This document shows, piece by piece, positions 45,662-55,262 of a DNA stretch of 55,929 bases; positions within the stretch are counted from its first letter, which is position 1; the number at the start of each line of letters is the position of its first letter. A program made the translations under genes and the position numbers. The notes under the pieces are model-generated. The model saw only the letters and a list, made by a program, of their open reading frames with translations, did not search any database and was not told where the DNA came from. The DNA is from a virus (lineage: Duplodnaviria > Caudoviricetes): the IMG/VR virus record IMGVR_UViG_3300050119_000489, positions 1 to 55,929 of that record; one strand, 5' to 3'.

Positions 45662-46750
45662 ATGAGCGTTCTTCCTTCTGACATCGTGGTCTATGGCTGC
45701 GTCGACATGCCGGAAGCGGACGGCTCGACCGTCGGCGGCGCGCCCGACTTCACGAAACGTCTCGATTTTTCCGACGTAAGCCCAAACGGCACGCTCGATG
45801 TGGTTTCGTCGTCGACCTCGGACACGGCCACGAAGATCACCTACCTGGTCCGTGATGCCACCGGCGCAATTCAAAGCGTCACCGCAACCCTGAACGGACA
45901 GACGCCGGTCACAGGATCGCAAACCGCCGAACGATTGCTTGCGGCGGCTATTACCGGCGGCGCGATCGCGGGCATCACGAACCCGGGCGGGACGACTGCG
46001 GTCGGCGATATTGCGCTCTTCGCGCACACGCTGATCGTTTCGGCACATACCGCACAAGCTGGTTCGGCAAACCATTCTGGCACCACGCCGGCGCTCATGA
46101 AATTGCAGAGCGGCGACGGTTCGACGGTGGCTGTCGGCCAGCTCATTCGCACCACAGGCGGCACCGGGCCACAGCAGATTCGCCGCATCATCGCGATCAC
46201 CGGCTATGGCACCGACGTCGTGGCGGTCAACCGCGATTGGGGAACAGTGCCCGACGCGACGACGACTTACAATGTCGCCGAAGGAATGCTGTTCGAGATC
46301 TCGCCGAATGCGGTTCTCGCCATCACGCGCATGTTCGCAACGGCGGCGGCGGACGTTCCAGGCGGTTCGACGCGTACCTTTTACGAAAAAGGCTTCGTCG
46401 TTAACAACAATACCGCGACTGCCCTGACGCCGCAGAGCCCTAACACCGGCGTCGGCGTCGAGATCAGCGGCGACTCTCCTTCATTGCCCGGAAGCGCGCT
46501 CTTGGATCTTGGCCTCGGCACCGCCTATGACGACTCGACGACCGCGGCCAATCGTCAAACAGCGCCAAGCGGCATCACCTTTACCACGCAGCCGGCGAAT
46601 GTCTTTGCGCCTTCGCCCGGCAACCTCGCTTCTGGCGCAGCGCCGAACACAGCCGGAGCACTTGCAGTGTGGTTCAGGCTCACCGTTCCTGCCGGCACTG
46701 CACCTTACAAGGGTGCCGCGACACTTCAGACCACCGGCAACACGACCTGA
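45662..46750 (+). CDS. Virion structural protein (fibre cassette)
   Basis: Thr/Gly/Ala-rich; AVWFRLTVPAG C-terminus. Confidence 0.7.
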   Translation: MSVLPSDIVVYGCVDMPEADGSTVGGAPDFTKRLDFSDVSPNGTLDVVSSSTSDTATKITYLVRDATGAIQSVTATLNGQTPVTGSQTAERLLAAAITGGAIAGITNPGGTTAVGDIALFAHTLIVSAHTAQAGSANHSGTTPALMKLQSGDGSTVAVGQLIRTTGGTGPQQIRRIIAITGYGTDVVAVNRDWGTVPDATTTYNVAEGMLFEISPNAVLAITRMFATAAADVPGGSTRTFYEKGFVVNNNTATALTPQSPNTGVGVEISGDSPSLPGSALLDLGLGTAYDDSTTAANRQTAPSGITFTTQPANVFAPSPGNLASGAAPNTAGALAVWFRLTVPAGTAPYKGAATLQTTGNTT

Positions 46751-46775
46751 ACTCTGGCGCTGAAGAACCATCACG

Positions 46776-47243
46776 ATGGCCACCGAAAGATTAATCGCCG
46801 GCAGCGGCGTCGGTCTAACCTGGACTTCATGTTTTGGCACAGAGCTGAACTCGCTTACCAGTGCCGACTCGGTCTTGAGTTCGGTGCAGATCGACAACAC
46901 CACCGCGCTGGATATGTATGCCGATCTTTGCATTCAGCTCGCATCGGTCACGCCTGGCGCGGGTGCTCCATTCCTCGGCTTCAACCTGTGGCCGCTGAAT
47001 GAGGATGGCTCGACCTACGGCACCGGCCAGTTCACTAGCAAAGCCGCTGGGCAGTCTTTCCTAGGATGGATTGGTAACATTCCGCTGATCCCCTCGACCG
47101 CTGGTGTGCTGGTCGGCGTGCTGTCGATGTTTCAACTTCCGCCGGCGAAATTCAAATTTGTCATCTACAACGGTGCCGGCATCGCGCTGGCCGCTTCCGC
47201 CAACACGATTTATTATCGAACCTACAACATACAGGTCGCTTAA
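46776..47243 (+). CDS. Beta-sandwich structural protein
   Basis: ELNSL, DG..Y, LPP.KFK...N..G.AL. Confidence 0.7.
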   Translation: MATERLIAGSGVGLTWTSCFGTELNSLTSADSVLSSVQIDNTTALDMYADLCIQLASVTPGAGAPFLGFNLWPLNEDGSTYGTGQFTSKAAGQSFLGWIGNIPLIPSTAGVLVGVLSMFQLPPAKFKFVIYNGAGIALAASANTIYYRTYNIQVA

Positions 47244-49994
47244 ATGGCCGCGCCGATTCGAGTCGGTCAATGGGGCCGATTCTATCGCGCTGGGCAGGTT
47301 CGACCGCCGGGACTAGCTCCAAGCATTAACTGGACGCATCCGCTTGCGCGCGGGTTAGTCTTCTACGGTTGGGATTCTGGTTGCCAAGTTGTCGATCTCG
47401 TCAATGGCGCGATCGGCGTCAAGGGCGGCACGCTCGTCACGTCGTTGGTAGCGTCGGGGCCGGCAATTAGCTACGGCGGCCCAGGCGTCAAGGGCAACTA
47501 TAGCAGCTTTTCTCTCAGCTCAATTTTCGCGGATCTCAATAGCGCTTGCACGCTCGCTTGCGGGCTGGTCGGATACACAGACACCACGGGATTTGAAAAC
47601 GCCGTCGCGCTGGCCGTATCCACAAGCAAGCTTATACAATTTTATAATAACAGTGCCACAAATGTAACGTGGGGAATCAATTATAATTCCGGCGCTGGTC
47701 AAATTGGTAGCGCGACGCTCGGCATCGGATTCAATTCACTTGCCGCAATCATAAACGGGGCGTCGTCTGCATTTTATTTTAATGGCGCGCAGCAAGCGAC
47801 TGGCACGATCCCGACCATCGCCTTCACGTCCGCGACGACGATGTATATCGGCGGCGATTCTGGCACGTATAGCGACTACAGCGTCCAACAAGTCCCGTAT
47901 GCCGCGCTGTGGAACCGGGTGCTATCGGCATCCGAGTTACAGCAACTAAACCTCGATCCGTATTGTTTCCTGGTGTTCACCGAGGATGAGCAGCTTGCCG
48001 CCGCGCTTTACAATCCCTCTACCAGTACGGCCGTCACCGCTTTAGCGTCGCTCGGGTGCGAATCTCTCGGTTCTATTGCGTCCTCGGCGTTCGCCGGTGC
48101 TGAGTTCGTGGCCGCAGCATCCTCGTTGGCAAACGGTGGCACAGAATTGCGGGCCCTTGTCGGCGCGCGAGCTCTGCCCGCCATTGAGTCTCTCGCAAAG
48201 GTAGTTTCTTTCGACCAAGCAGGAGACGAGCTGCTCGCATCGACACTGACGCAGAGCAGAGCGGCGATCGAGGAGGTCTGCGACGTCAAGGCGTCGGCTA
48301 TCGACTCCTCCGAATTTATTAGCGGAGTTCGAATTTCGGGAAGGGCGCCGGCCGAGCTTCTCGCGGCCGTTCGTGCCCCGCTGGCCATCCAGGCAGAACT
48401 CTTAGCGGTATCGACCGCGACTGACCGCACAATCGACGAGATCCTGGGTGCCGCACGCGCCAACGAAACGATCCTCGCTGAGGCGCTCACCACGCCCAAA
48501 GGGCAAAGCCTGCCTTCTGCCGAATGGACGGGCTGGATCAAGCCCGGGGCTCGCGCAGCCGTCGAAATTACAGGCTCTCTAAAAGGCACTGGCTCTCCGG
48601 AGACCGAGTTCGGCGCCGCGGTTAAACGGCTGGGCTCGCCCCTGCTGGAATCGCTATCCGGGACTAAAGCGCAAACCCTCGCGGGAGCCGAGATTGTGGC
48701 CACCGCACGGGCCCAAGGAGCGCCCCTAGCCGAATGGCGCGCCGGCCTCGCCAAGTCGGTTCCTATTCAGGCCGAGGCTCTTACGGGAGTCGCCAAGCAT
48801 TCCTCTGCCGCGCTCGAAATCTTGCGCGCAGTAGCGCGCTCAATGACCGCCATTGCCGAGGTTCTTGCCGGAGTGGCCGGCGTGGCGCGCCCCAGCTCGG
48901 AGATCATCTCGGGCATCAATTCCATCCTTGCGCTCGACGTCCTTCAGTTGGAGATCCTAGGGGCGGTCGCACCGAGAGCCATCGTCCACTTTGAAACTGT
49001 CGTCGCCGTTCGTGCGAGTGCGGTGGCGGCCGCCGAGGCCATTGCCGGCGTCAAAACAATTCGCCACGCATCGATCGAGGCTATGGGTGCCTGCCTTGGA
49101 GTGGCCAAGGTCGAAGCGGAATCGCTCGTCGGTTCCCTGTCAATGCGTTCGGCGCCGGCGGAAAGCCTTTCCGGCACCGTCGCCAAGGCCGATCCTGACC
49201 TCGAGCTGCTGAGCGCCTCACCATCTGCGGCGAGGTTTGCGGTCGAATTCGATGGCGCTGTCGGCGCAGTCTCAAAAGCGCTTTCCGAGTGCGCCGCGGC
49301 GCTATCCGCAGTTTCGACCCCTCAACTCGAAACGACCGCCTCGGCGACCGCTGTTGCGGCGCTTTCTAAACTCGTTATCGAGATCTTAGGAGCGAGTCGA
49401 ACCGCAGAACTCGCGGCGATCGAACTGCTCGCCGCGACAGGCGGGCTCACCTCGGCTCAAATAGAGCTTCTTGCCGAGGCTCTTCAGGTTGATCCCTGGT
49501 TCATATCGACACTTCTTGGCCGCGTCATAACGAGCGCGGCCGCCGGGCGGGAATTCATTTCGTCATCTCGCACTCGTGTCCTGACGAGCACGAGCGAACG
49601 CGCGCTGACATCGATCGGAAAGTCTCGACAGCTTGTTGCAACGGTGCCCGGCATGCCACTCGGAAATCCATTCTCGCCGATCGATCCGACGGTCGAGAGG
49701 CTCACCCTTACATTCGACTATTCGGATGAGATGGATACGGGCGTCACGATTACCAGCGTCGCCTCGGTCGGATGTACCGTCGTCTCTGGCACCGACTCCA
49801 ATCCGAGTAGCCGAATAGTTGGCTCACCGACAATCGGGCCGTCACCAAACACCGGCGCTGCGTCTCAGGCCGTCCTTCAGCAAGTCGGCAATTGTCTGCC
49901 GTGCGTTGTCTATCTCATCCAGGTTCTCGTCAACACGTCGGACGGCCAAATCCTGAACCGCGGCGGCCTTCTGCCGTGTACGCCGCTCGTCTAG
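47244..49994 (+). CDS. Long fibre: LamG-like head, about 34 x 14-aa repeats, C-terminal adaptor-like domain
   Basis: INWTHPLARGL...ALWNRVLSASE; Glu every 14 aa; DP...LTFDYS. Confidence 0.8.
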   Translation: MAAPIRVGQWGRFYRAGQVRPPGLAPSINWTHPLARGLVFYGWDSGCQVVDLVNGAIGVKGGTLVTSLVASGPAISYGGPGVKGNYSSFSLSSIFADLNSACTLACGLVGYTDTTGFENAVALAVSTSKLIQFYNNSATNVTWGINYNSGAGQIGSATLGIGFNSLAAIINGASSAFYFNGAQQATGTIPTIAFTSATTMYIGGDSGTYSDYSVQQVPYAALWNRVLSASELQQLNLDPYCFLVFTEDEQLAAALYNPSTSTAVTALASLGCESLGSIASSAFAGAEFVAAASSLANGGTELRALVGARALPAIESLAKVVSFDQAGDELLASTLTQSRAAIEEVCDVKASAIDSSEFISGVRISGRAPAELLAAVRAPLAIQAELLAVSTATDRTIDEILGAARANETILAEALTTPKGQSLPSAEWTGWIKPGARAAVEITGSLKGTGSPETEFGAAVKRLGSPLLESLSGTKAQTLAGAEIVATARAQGAPLAEWRAGLAKSVPIQAEALTGVAKHSSAALEILRAVARSMTAIAEVLAGVAGVARPSSEIISGINSILALDVLQLEILGAVAPRAIVHFETVVAVRASAVAAAEAIAGVKTIRHASIEAMGACLGVAKVEAESLVGSLSMRSAPAESLSGTVAKADPDLELLSASPSAARFAVEFDGAVGAVSKALSECAAALSAVSTPQLETTASATAVAALSKLVIEILGASRTAELAAIELLAATGGLTSAQIELLAEALQVDPWFISTLLGRVITSAAAGREFISSSRTRVLTSTSERALTSIGKSRQLVATVPGMPLGNPFSPIDPTVERLTLTFDYSDEMDTGVTITSVASVGCTVVSGTDSNPSSRIVGSPTIGPSPNTGAASQAVLQQVGNCLPCVVYLIQVLVNTSDGQILNRGGLLPCTPLV
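48060..49490 (+). repeat. Degenerate 42-bp/14-aa tandem repeat
   Basis: ESLGSIASSAFAGA / EFVAAASSLANGGT / ELRALVGARALPAI ... Confidence 0.85.
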
Positions 49995-50019
49995 CGGCCT
50001 TCAAATACGAGGGTGAATA

Positions 50020-50787
50020 ATGTTTCCATACCGCCTTTACGGCGCGCTTCCGCGCGTCGTCGGAACCGCGCTGTTCCTGCTTGTGATCCTGGTCATGGCG
50101 TTCTCGGCACATGCCGACGGCAGGCATCATCACCGCCATCATTGGCATCACCATCACGCGCGTCACCATCGCGTCGCCACGCTCGACACCTTCACGCATG
50201 CGTTGGCCTACGCCAAGCCGATCATGCACGAGCAGGCGCCGGTCGGCTTCACGGTGTTCGGGCGCGAGGTGGGTGCGGCCAGCACCGGGGCAGGCTTCGT
50301 CCCCGATGTGCAAGCCGGTCTCGCCCACGCGACCGGTGTAATCGTTGAGGCGCACGGCGCTGTTGCGGACCTGGTTCGCGCAACCGCTGCCCGAATTGGC
50401 GTCCCGGAGCGCTATGCCCTCGCCATCGCCCATTTCGAATCCGGCTATCGCATGTCAATGCGCGGTGCGTCGGGCGAACGCGGTGCGATGCAAGTCCTGC
50501 CGCAGACCGCATGGCATGTGGGCGTCACCGGTAATCTGTACGGTCAGGCCGGCATCGAGGCAGGCGTTCGCTATCTAAAGGAAGCGCTCGACATGCAAGG
50601 GCGCTACGGGCCTTGCGCAGCGCTGTCAGCCTATAACCACGGGCTCGGCTATGTCTCCTGCTCGGGATATGGCCGCACAATCCTGGCGCTCGCCAGCGGT
50701 GCGCCAACGCTCGGCTCTGCGCTTATCGAGGCGAGGTGGTCGGTGCGGACCTGGCGTCGGCATCGTCATCGGCATTGGAGAGCCTGA
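50020..50787 (+). CDS. Lytic transglycosylase (SLT) with signal peptide and His-rich segments
   Basis: HFESGY, GAMQVLPQTA, AGVRYL, AYNHG; AHA cleavage site. Confidence 0.9.
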   Translation: MFPYRLYGALPRVVGTALFLLVILVMAFSAHADGRHHHRHHWHHHHARHHRVATLDTFTHALAYAKPIMHEQAPVGFTVFGREVGAASTGAGFVPDVQAGLAHATGVIVEAHGAVADLVRATAARIGVPERYALAIAHFESGYRMSMRGASGERGAMQVLPQTAWHVGVTGNLYGQAGIEAGVRYLKEALDMQGRYGPCAALSAYNHGLGYVSCSGYGRTILALASGAPTLGSALIEARWSVRTWRRHRHRHWRA

Positions 50788-50912
50788 TGATCCTCGCCGC
50801 CATCGTTACCGTCATTGCTCCGCAATATCCTAACCTCGCTGCGGTCTGGTGGAGTTGCGGGATTGCACTCGGCCTCGTCCTTCTTGCCGTTCTGATAACC
50901 GAGAACAATTAA
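50787..50912 (+). CDS. Small membrane protein (41 aa)
   Basis: GGAG RBS, TGATG overlap; MILAAIVTVIAPQYPNLAAVWWSCGIALGLVLLAVLITENN. Confidence 0.6.
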   Translation: MILAAIVTVIAPQYPNLAAVWWSCGIALGLVLLAVLITENN

Positions 50913-50915
50913 GCC

Positions 50916-51455
50916 ATGGACACCGCCGCGAAGACTTTCATTCAGCAATGCTCGCCGGTGCAGCTCGCAACGGCCAAGGAGTCGTTCGACTTCTGGATCG
51001 GCAAGCTGCCGCCTGTTGCCTACACGATAACTCTGCCGAACGGGGCGATTTACGCGCCTCCGGTTCCACCGTTGCTCTTCGACGCCCAGGCTTACGGCTT
51101 CCTTGGCAATGAGCAATGCGAGGACTCTTTCAGAGGCGAGCTGCGCGGCGACAAGGACACGGCGGGCGGGGAAGAGCAGTGGCATGCAGATCGCCAGCAA
51201 GCCCTCCTCCGATTGACGGGCATCGACGTGTGGAATGATCCGCACCCGAAACAGCTCATTGCTGCATATTACGAACTGCTCGAGATCGAGAAAGCCGCGT
51301 TTGCAAAGATCACTGCCGCGAAGACGCCGGCGCACGCTGCTGCTGCCGTTTGCGACTACCTCGAGCGTGCGGGAGAGCCCGGCGCTGTCGAAGAGCGCTC
51401 GGCTGCGGCGGACGCATGGGCCGCATACGCGACCGCGAATTGGGGCGCGTCATGA
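50916..51455 (+). CDS. Phage tail-lysozyme-like (Phage_lysozyme2) protein
   Basis: QAYGFLGN...EDSF...GD..TA.G..QWH.DR; ER.G. Confidence 0.7.
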   Translation: MDTAAKTFIQQCSPVQLATAKESFDFWIGKLPPVAYTITLPNGAIYAPPVPPLLFDAQAYGFLGNEQCEDSFRGELRGDKDTAGGEEQWHADRQQALLRLTGIDVWNDPHPKQLIAAYYELLEIEKAAFAKITAAKTPAHAAAAVCDYLERAGEPGAVEERSAAADAWAAYATANWGAS

Positions 51456-51685
51456 CGCATTTATTCGCCGGCACCGTGGTTACCGTCATCGGTGGAACGG
51501 GCTGTGTCCTGACGTTCTTCTTTGATGACTATACGCCGATCCAACTCGGACCAATTCCGTTTTTCTTGTGCGTCGGCGTGGTGATAGCAGGGTTGATTAT
51601 CGCCGGTCTGCCGGGCGTTTGGATCCTGGGAACTTCAACATTTGTGCTCGCCGTCCTTCTGATCTGCGTGGGGCTAGATCAGTGA
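51452..51685 (+). CDS. Small multi-TM protein (holin candidate)
   Basis: Three hydrophobic segments; ATGA/GTGA overlaps. Confidence 0.6.
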   Translation: MTHLFAGTVVTVIGGTGCVLTFFFDDYTPIQLGPIPFFLCVGVVIAGLIIAGLPGVWILGTSTFVLAVLLICVGLDQ

Positions 51686-52311
51686 CGCCGACCTTCCTCA
51701 ATCCGCCCAAAAACTACACTCCGGCGGCGTTTCAAGCTTTCGTCGCGTCTCTCAAATGGACCGGATGGCGCCCGAAATTCATCACGCTCCACAATACTGC
51801 CAGCCCGACGCTCGCCGAATATCTCAACCAAACCGAGGCGCAACGCGAACAGCGGCTCGTCAATATCGATGCGATCTATAAGAACGTCGATCACTGGCAC
51901 GCTGGACCGCATCTGTTCATCGATCCATACGAAGACGGGATCTGGAACGCGAGCGATCTCGGCGTCTATGGAGTGTCCGTTTCCTGTTGGAACGAGATCA
52001 CCATGGGCGTCGAGATGGTCGGCAATTATGCGACCCCCGAAGAGCAGGCGCAGGTAGAGAATCCTCCACCGATCGACGACTGGACAAGCGCGCCCGCAAT
52101 GACGGTCCTCAACAACGCAGTGGCCGCGCTTGCTATTCTGCACAATGCGCTCGGCTTTCGACCCGATGGCTTCGTGCTCGGACAGAGCGGGCTTCACTTC
52201 CATCGCATGTGTACGGCAGACGGTCATCAATGCCCTGGCGGTCAGGTCGATTATGCCGACATGGTCGCGCGCATCCTCGCCAAGATGGCCGAGTTGGGCG
52301 CTGTCGCCTGA
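51682..52311 (+). CDS. N-acetylmuramoyl-L-alanine amidase (Amidase_2) endolysin
   Basis: TLHNTA, PHLFI, GVEMVGNY, HFH...H.CPG Zn ligands. Confidence 0.88.
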   Translation: MTPTFLNPPKNYTPAAFQAFVASLKWTGWRPKFITLHNTASPTLAEYLNQTEAQREQRLVNIDAIYKNVDHWHAGPHLFIDPYEDGIWNASDLGVYGVSVSCWNEITMGVEMVGNYATPEEQAQVENPPPIDDWTSAPAMTVLNNAVAALAILHNALGFRPDGFVLGQSGLHFHRMCTADGHQCPGGQVDYADMVARILAKMAELGAVA

Positions 52312-52342
52312 GCAATCCAATCTCGTCATCATCTGGTGATCC

Positions 52343-53107
52343 ATGGTCGACCATTCGTCAATGAAGCTCGGCCGCCTGCCGCCGCGCTTCGATCCACGCA
52401 TTCGCCGCTTCGCCGCCTATCTGCCTGCCGTTCTGCCGACCGTTCCTGACTTCCCGGATTGGAGCGGCGGCCGCACCTCATGGGACATGCTCGGCAATGA
52501 CCATATCGGCGATTGCGGGATCTGCGCACCGTCGCACATGCTATCGGCTCAGACCGCGGTGCTCGGGCGCCGGTGGACGCCGACAACCGCCGAGATCGTT
52601 GCGATCTACTGCCAGGTCACGGGAAGCCGGCCGCCGACGACGGACTTCGGCACTGTCGAAACAGACTTTCTAACTTGGTGGTTAGGACAAACGACGGACG
52701 GCTTTCTCGGACGGCATTTAGTTGGATGGGCGAGTGTAGACCCGAAGAACCATCAGGCCTTGCGCGTTGCGGTCTACTTGCTTGGCGGAGTTTTGTGCGG
52801 CCTTAATCTTCCCCTGAATGCTCAGCAGCAGGATACATGGGACCTTACATCGGCCGGCTTAACGGGAGACGGAATGCCCGGCGGATGGGGCGGACATGAA
52901 TGTGCAATCGTCGCCATCGACAAGGATGGCCCGATCTGTGTTACCTGGAACATCCTCCAAAAAATGACGTGGGCCTGGTTCGACGCTTATTGCGAGGAGA
53001 TTGATGCCTGCCTTACCGGCGCATGGATTCGCGGTGGCGCGTCGCCAGCGAACATCAACCTCCAGATGCTCGAGTCGGACATGGCGCTCATCCGCTCGGC
53101 CACCTGA
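52343..53107 (+). CDS. Papain-like cysteine peptidase
   Basis: LGND.IGDC, GGH.C...., VTW. Confidence 0.65.
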   Translation: MVDHSSMKLGRLPPRFDPRIRRFAAYLPAVLPTVPDFPDWSGGRTSWDMLGNDHIGDCGICAPSHMLSAQTAVLGRRWTPTTAEIVAIYCQVTGSRPPTTDFGTVETDFLTWWLGQTTDGFLGRHLVGWASVDPKNHQALRVAVYLLGGVLCGLNLPLNAQQQDTWDLTSAGLTGDGMPGGWGGHECAIVAIDKDGPICVTWNILQKMTWAWFDAYCEEIDACLTGAWIRGGASPANINLQMLESDMALIRSAT

Positions 53108-53114
53108 CGCACCC

Positions 53115-53381
53115 ATGCTCACTGCAAAGCAAAGACGCGAGATCATTCTCGCGAGATGGACGTCGTCGGCGCGCACGCTCGCTAAAGAGTATGACTGCGA
53201 AATCAAACGCATTTATCTGACCTGGCGGGAAGGTTACGCTCTCGGCCTTTTGAGCAAGGCTCCGACAGTCAAATCGAGCCAGGGCCGCGAATGCGCGCGC
53301 AGGCCTTCTCGCCTCAACGAAATCATGGACGAACTGCGCGCAGTGCCGCGCGGTTCGCGGCCTAAAGGACATATATCATGA
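53115..53381 (+). CDS. Small hypothetical protein, possible HTH
   Basis: LT..QRREI...SARTLAKEY. Confidence 0.5.
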   Translation: MLTAKQRREIILARWTSSARTLAKEYDCEIKRIYLTWREGYALGLLSKAPTVKSSQGRECARRPSRLNEIMDELRAVPRGSRPKGHIS

Positions 53382-53785
53382 ACCTTCCTTCTATCTCCGC
53401 GAGGCAGTGGCAATCAGCGGGGCGCCACGTAGTTACGTTCTTCGCGGGAGCTGCTCTAGGAGTTGCCGGAGTCGCGGCCTACGGCGTCTCATTTCATTTC
53501 GTGAACGGGGGCCAAGCCGACAGCATTGTTGCCGCGTTCAAGGATCTGTCTACCGGGGTCGCGGCGGTCGTCAACGGTTTGGGCACGATTGCAGGGGCGC
53601 TCGCGACTCTCATTGGAATAGCCTCGGGACTCTGGGCCGCTTATTCCGCTTCCAAAAAATCAATGACGCAGGCAGTGGCAGCCATTCCAGGCACGACGGT
53701 CGTCACCACGCCGGCCCTCGCGGCGGCCACGCCGGATCAGCCGAATATCGTCAGCAATACGAAAAACGCGGTCGTTCCAAAATGA
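53378..53785 (+). CDS. Holin-like two-TM protein
   Basis: RHV.TF.AG; two hydrophobic segments; AAGGA RBS. Confidence 0.7.
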   Translation: MNLPSISARQWQSAGRHVVTFFAGAALGVAGVAAYGVSFHFVNGGQADSIVAAFKDLSTGVAAVVNGLGTIAGALATLIGIASGLWAAYSASKKSMTQAVAAIPGTTVVTTPALAAATPDQPNIVSNTKNAVVPK

Positions 53786-53816
53786 AGAACTAACCAGAAT
53801 TGAAAAGGAGAAAGCT

Positions 53817-54260
53817 ATGGAAATGAATATGGATAGACGGCAAGCCCTGAAGCGCGGTGCTTCGATGGTGCTTGCGGGCGGCGCTGCCGTAGTGCTTGCG
53901 GGCGGTCTCGCCGGATGTGCAACAAGCACAAATCCGACAACCGGCCAAGTGACGTACGGCCTCGACCCGACCGTCGTGACATTTATTCAAGACGCCGTGG
54001 CAGCGGTGGCCAAATATACACCGGCCATCGAGAGCATTGCTGCGACTGCCGCGAGCCTGTTCGGCCCCGCATATACGGCCGTCGTCGCGGCGGGCAGCGC
54101 GGCTGTCAACACCGTCATCGCCACGCTTGAAAATCTTGTCCCATCGCTTCCGGTCGGGGCGGAGAGGGTCCACGCGAAGTTTCGGGTGATGGCAACTCCT
54201 CCTCTCGGCGGAAAGTTTGCCGGCTATACCAAGCAGGGCGTCCCTGTCTTCGGCATCTGA
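53817..54260 (+). CDS. Tat-signal lipoprotein
   Basis: MDRRQALK twin-arginine motif, LAGC lipobox; AAGGAG RBS. Confidence 0.8.
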   Translation: MEMNMDRRQALKRGASMVLAGGAAVVLAGGLAGCATSTNPTTGQVTYGLDPTVVTFIQDAVAAVAKYTPAIESIAATAASLFGPAYTAVVAAGSAAVNTVIATLENLVPSLPVGAERVHAKFRVMATPPLGGKFAGYTKQGVPVFGI

Positions 54261-54286
54261 TCGTCGGCATCTGATCGGAGGAAGAA

Positions 54287-54592
54287 ATGACTGACGCCGA
54301 TCTTGCTGCGGGCATCGCAGCCCTCACGGCTTACGTTCAGGGAATCGCTCCGTTCGAGTCGATGTTCGTTCCTGCGAGTGCCTATCAGACTGCGGTAACG
54401 GACATCATTACGGCGTCGGATGGAAGCGCCGACCAGACGCCCGCCGGCCGCCAGGCAGTTGCGCAAACCGCGATGCGCGCCGCCATCAATTCTGCCGGCT
54501 TGGGCTCGCAGATCTCAAATCAGCAATGTCATGATGGAACGGCAATAGTTCTAGCGGCGGTGAATAAAAGCGTTGCGCTAGGATCTGACTGA
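54287..54592 (+). CDS. Hypothetical protein
   Basis: GGAGG RBS. Confidence 0.7.
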   Translation: MTDADLAAGIAALTAYVQGIAPFESMFVPASAYQTAVTDIITASDGSADQTPAGRQAVAQTAMRAAINSAGLGSQISNQQCHDGTAIVLAAVNKSVALGSD

Positions 54593-54593
54593 G

Positions 54594-54833
54594 GTGGCCC
54601 ACGCGATGTTCCGCGCATGGGCCGGTGCAACAGACCTCGGCCTTATCGCGTTAGCGCTTATCTTCACCGCATGGGGCCTTCTCTGCCAGGCTGAGCTGCG
54701 CAGCTTCAACGGCAGCGCGATGATGTCGCCGGCGCTACGCGAGATCAAGCAGCGCGCGGCGTTTTCGGTATCCGCGACCGTCATCATTTATTCGGCGATC
54801 GTTGCGGTGACGATCCTGCTCGTCGCGTCATAA
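54594..54833 (+). CDS. Small two-TM protein
   Basis: Two hydrophobic segments. Confidence 0.55.
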   Translation: MAHAMFRAWAGATDLGLIALALIFTAWGLLCQAELRSFNGSAMMSPALREIKQRAAFSVSATVIIYSAIVAVTILLVAS

Positions 54834-54886
54834 GAACACTTCTCCTGGGTTGCGACGCCGCTCTTGCTCGTGAACGGGGATTTATC

Positions 54887-55216
54887 ATGGCTGCGCAATG
54901 CTTGCTGCATCTCGGGTTAGTCATTTGTCTCAATGTTCCAGTTGCGATCCCAAACGAGCTGATGAATTTCGCGGGTGGAGATCCATGCCAAGCGGCGATG
55001 GATGGCGTCAATCACGCGCAAGACATCGCCATGAAGGCGACAACGGAAACAGCCGATTGCGTGAATGATCCAGATAAATGCGTCGTGAAGACTGCGGATA
55101 CAGGCCGCGCCGCCGAGGCAATGAAAACAGCCGTTGCCGAACTCTACAAGGCTTGCGCGGCTCAACCAGGAAAGCCCGGCGGTCCTCACGCGACATTCGG
55201 CTTACCGGCTGGCTGA
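54887..55216 (+). CDS. Exported Cys-containing protein
   Basis: GGGGA RBS; hydrophobic N-terminus; six Cys. Confidence 0.6.
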   Translation: MAAQCLLHLGLVICLNVPVAIPNELMNFAGGDPCQAAMDGVNHAQDIAMKATTETADCVNDPDKCVVKTADTGRAAEAMKTAVAELYKACAAQPGKPGGPHATFGLPAG

Positions 55217-55262
55217 GTTATTCGGCAGATTTCGTCCCGCTGCAATAATCAAGAGGCTGCCT

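Noticed and set aside
40468-49994. Diversity-generating retroelement or fibre shufflon
   Set aside because: No reverse transcriptase, invertase, TR/VR pair or inverted crossover sites seen by eye
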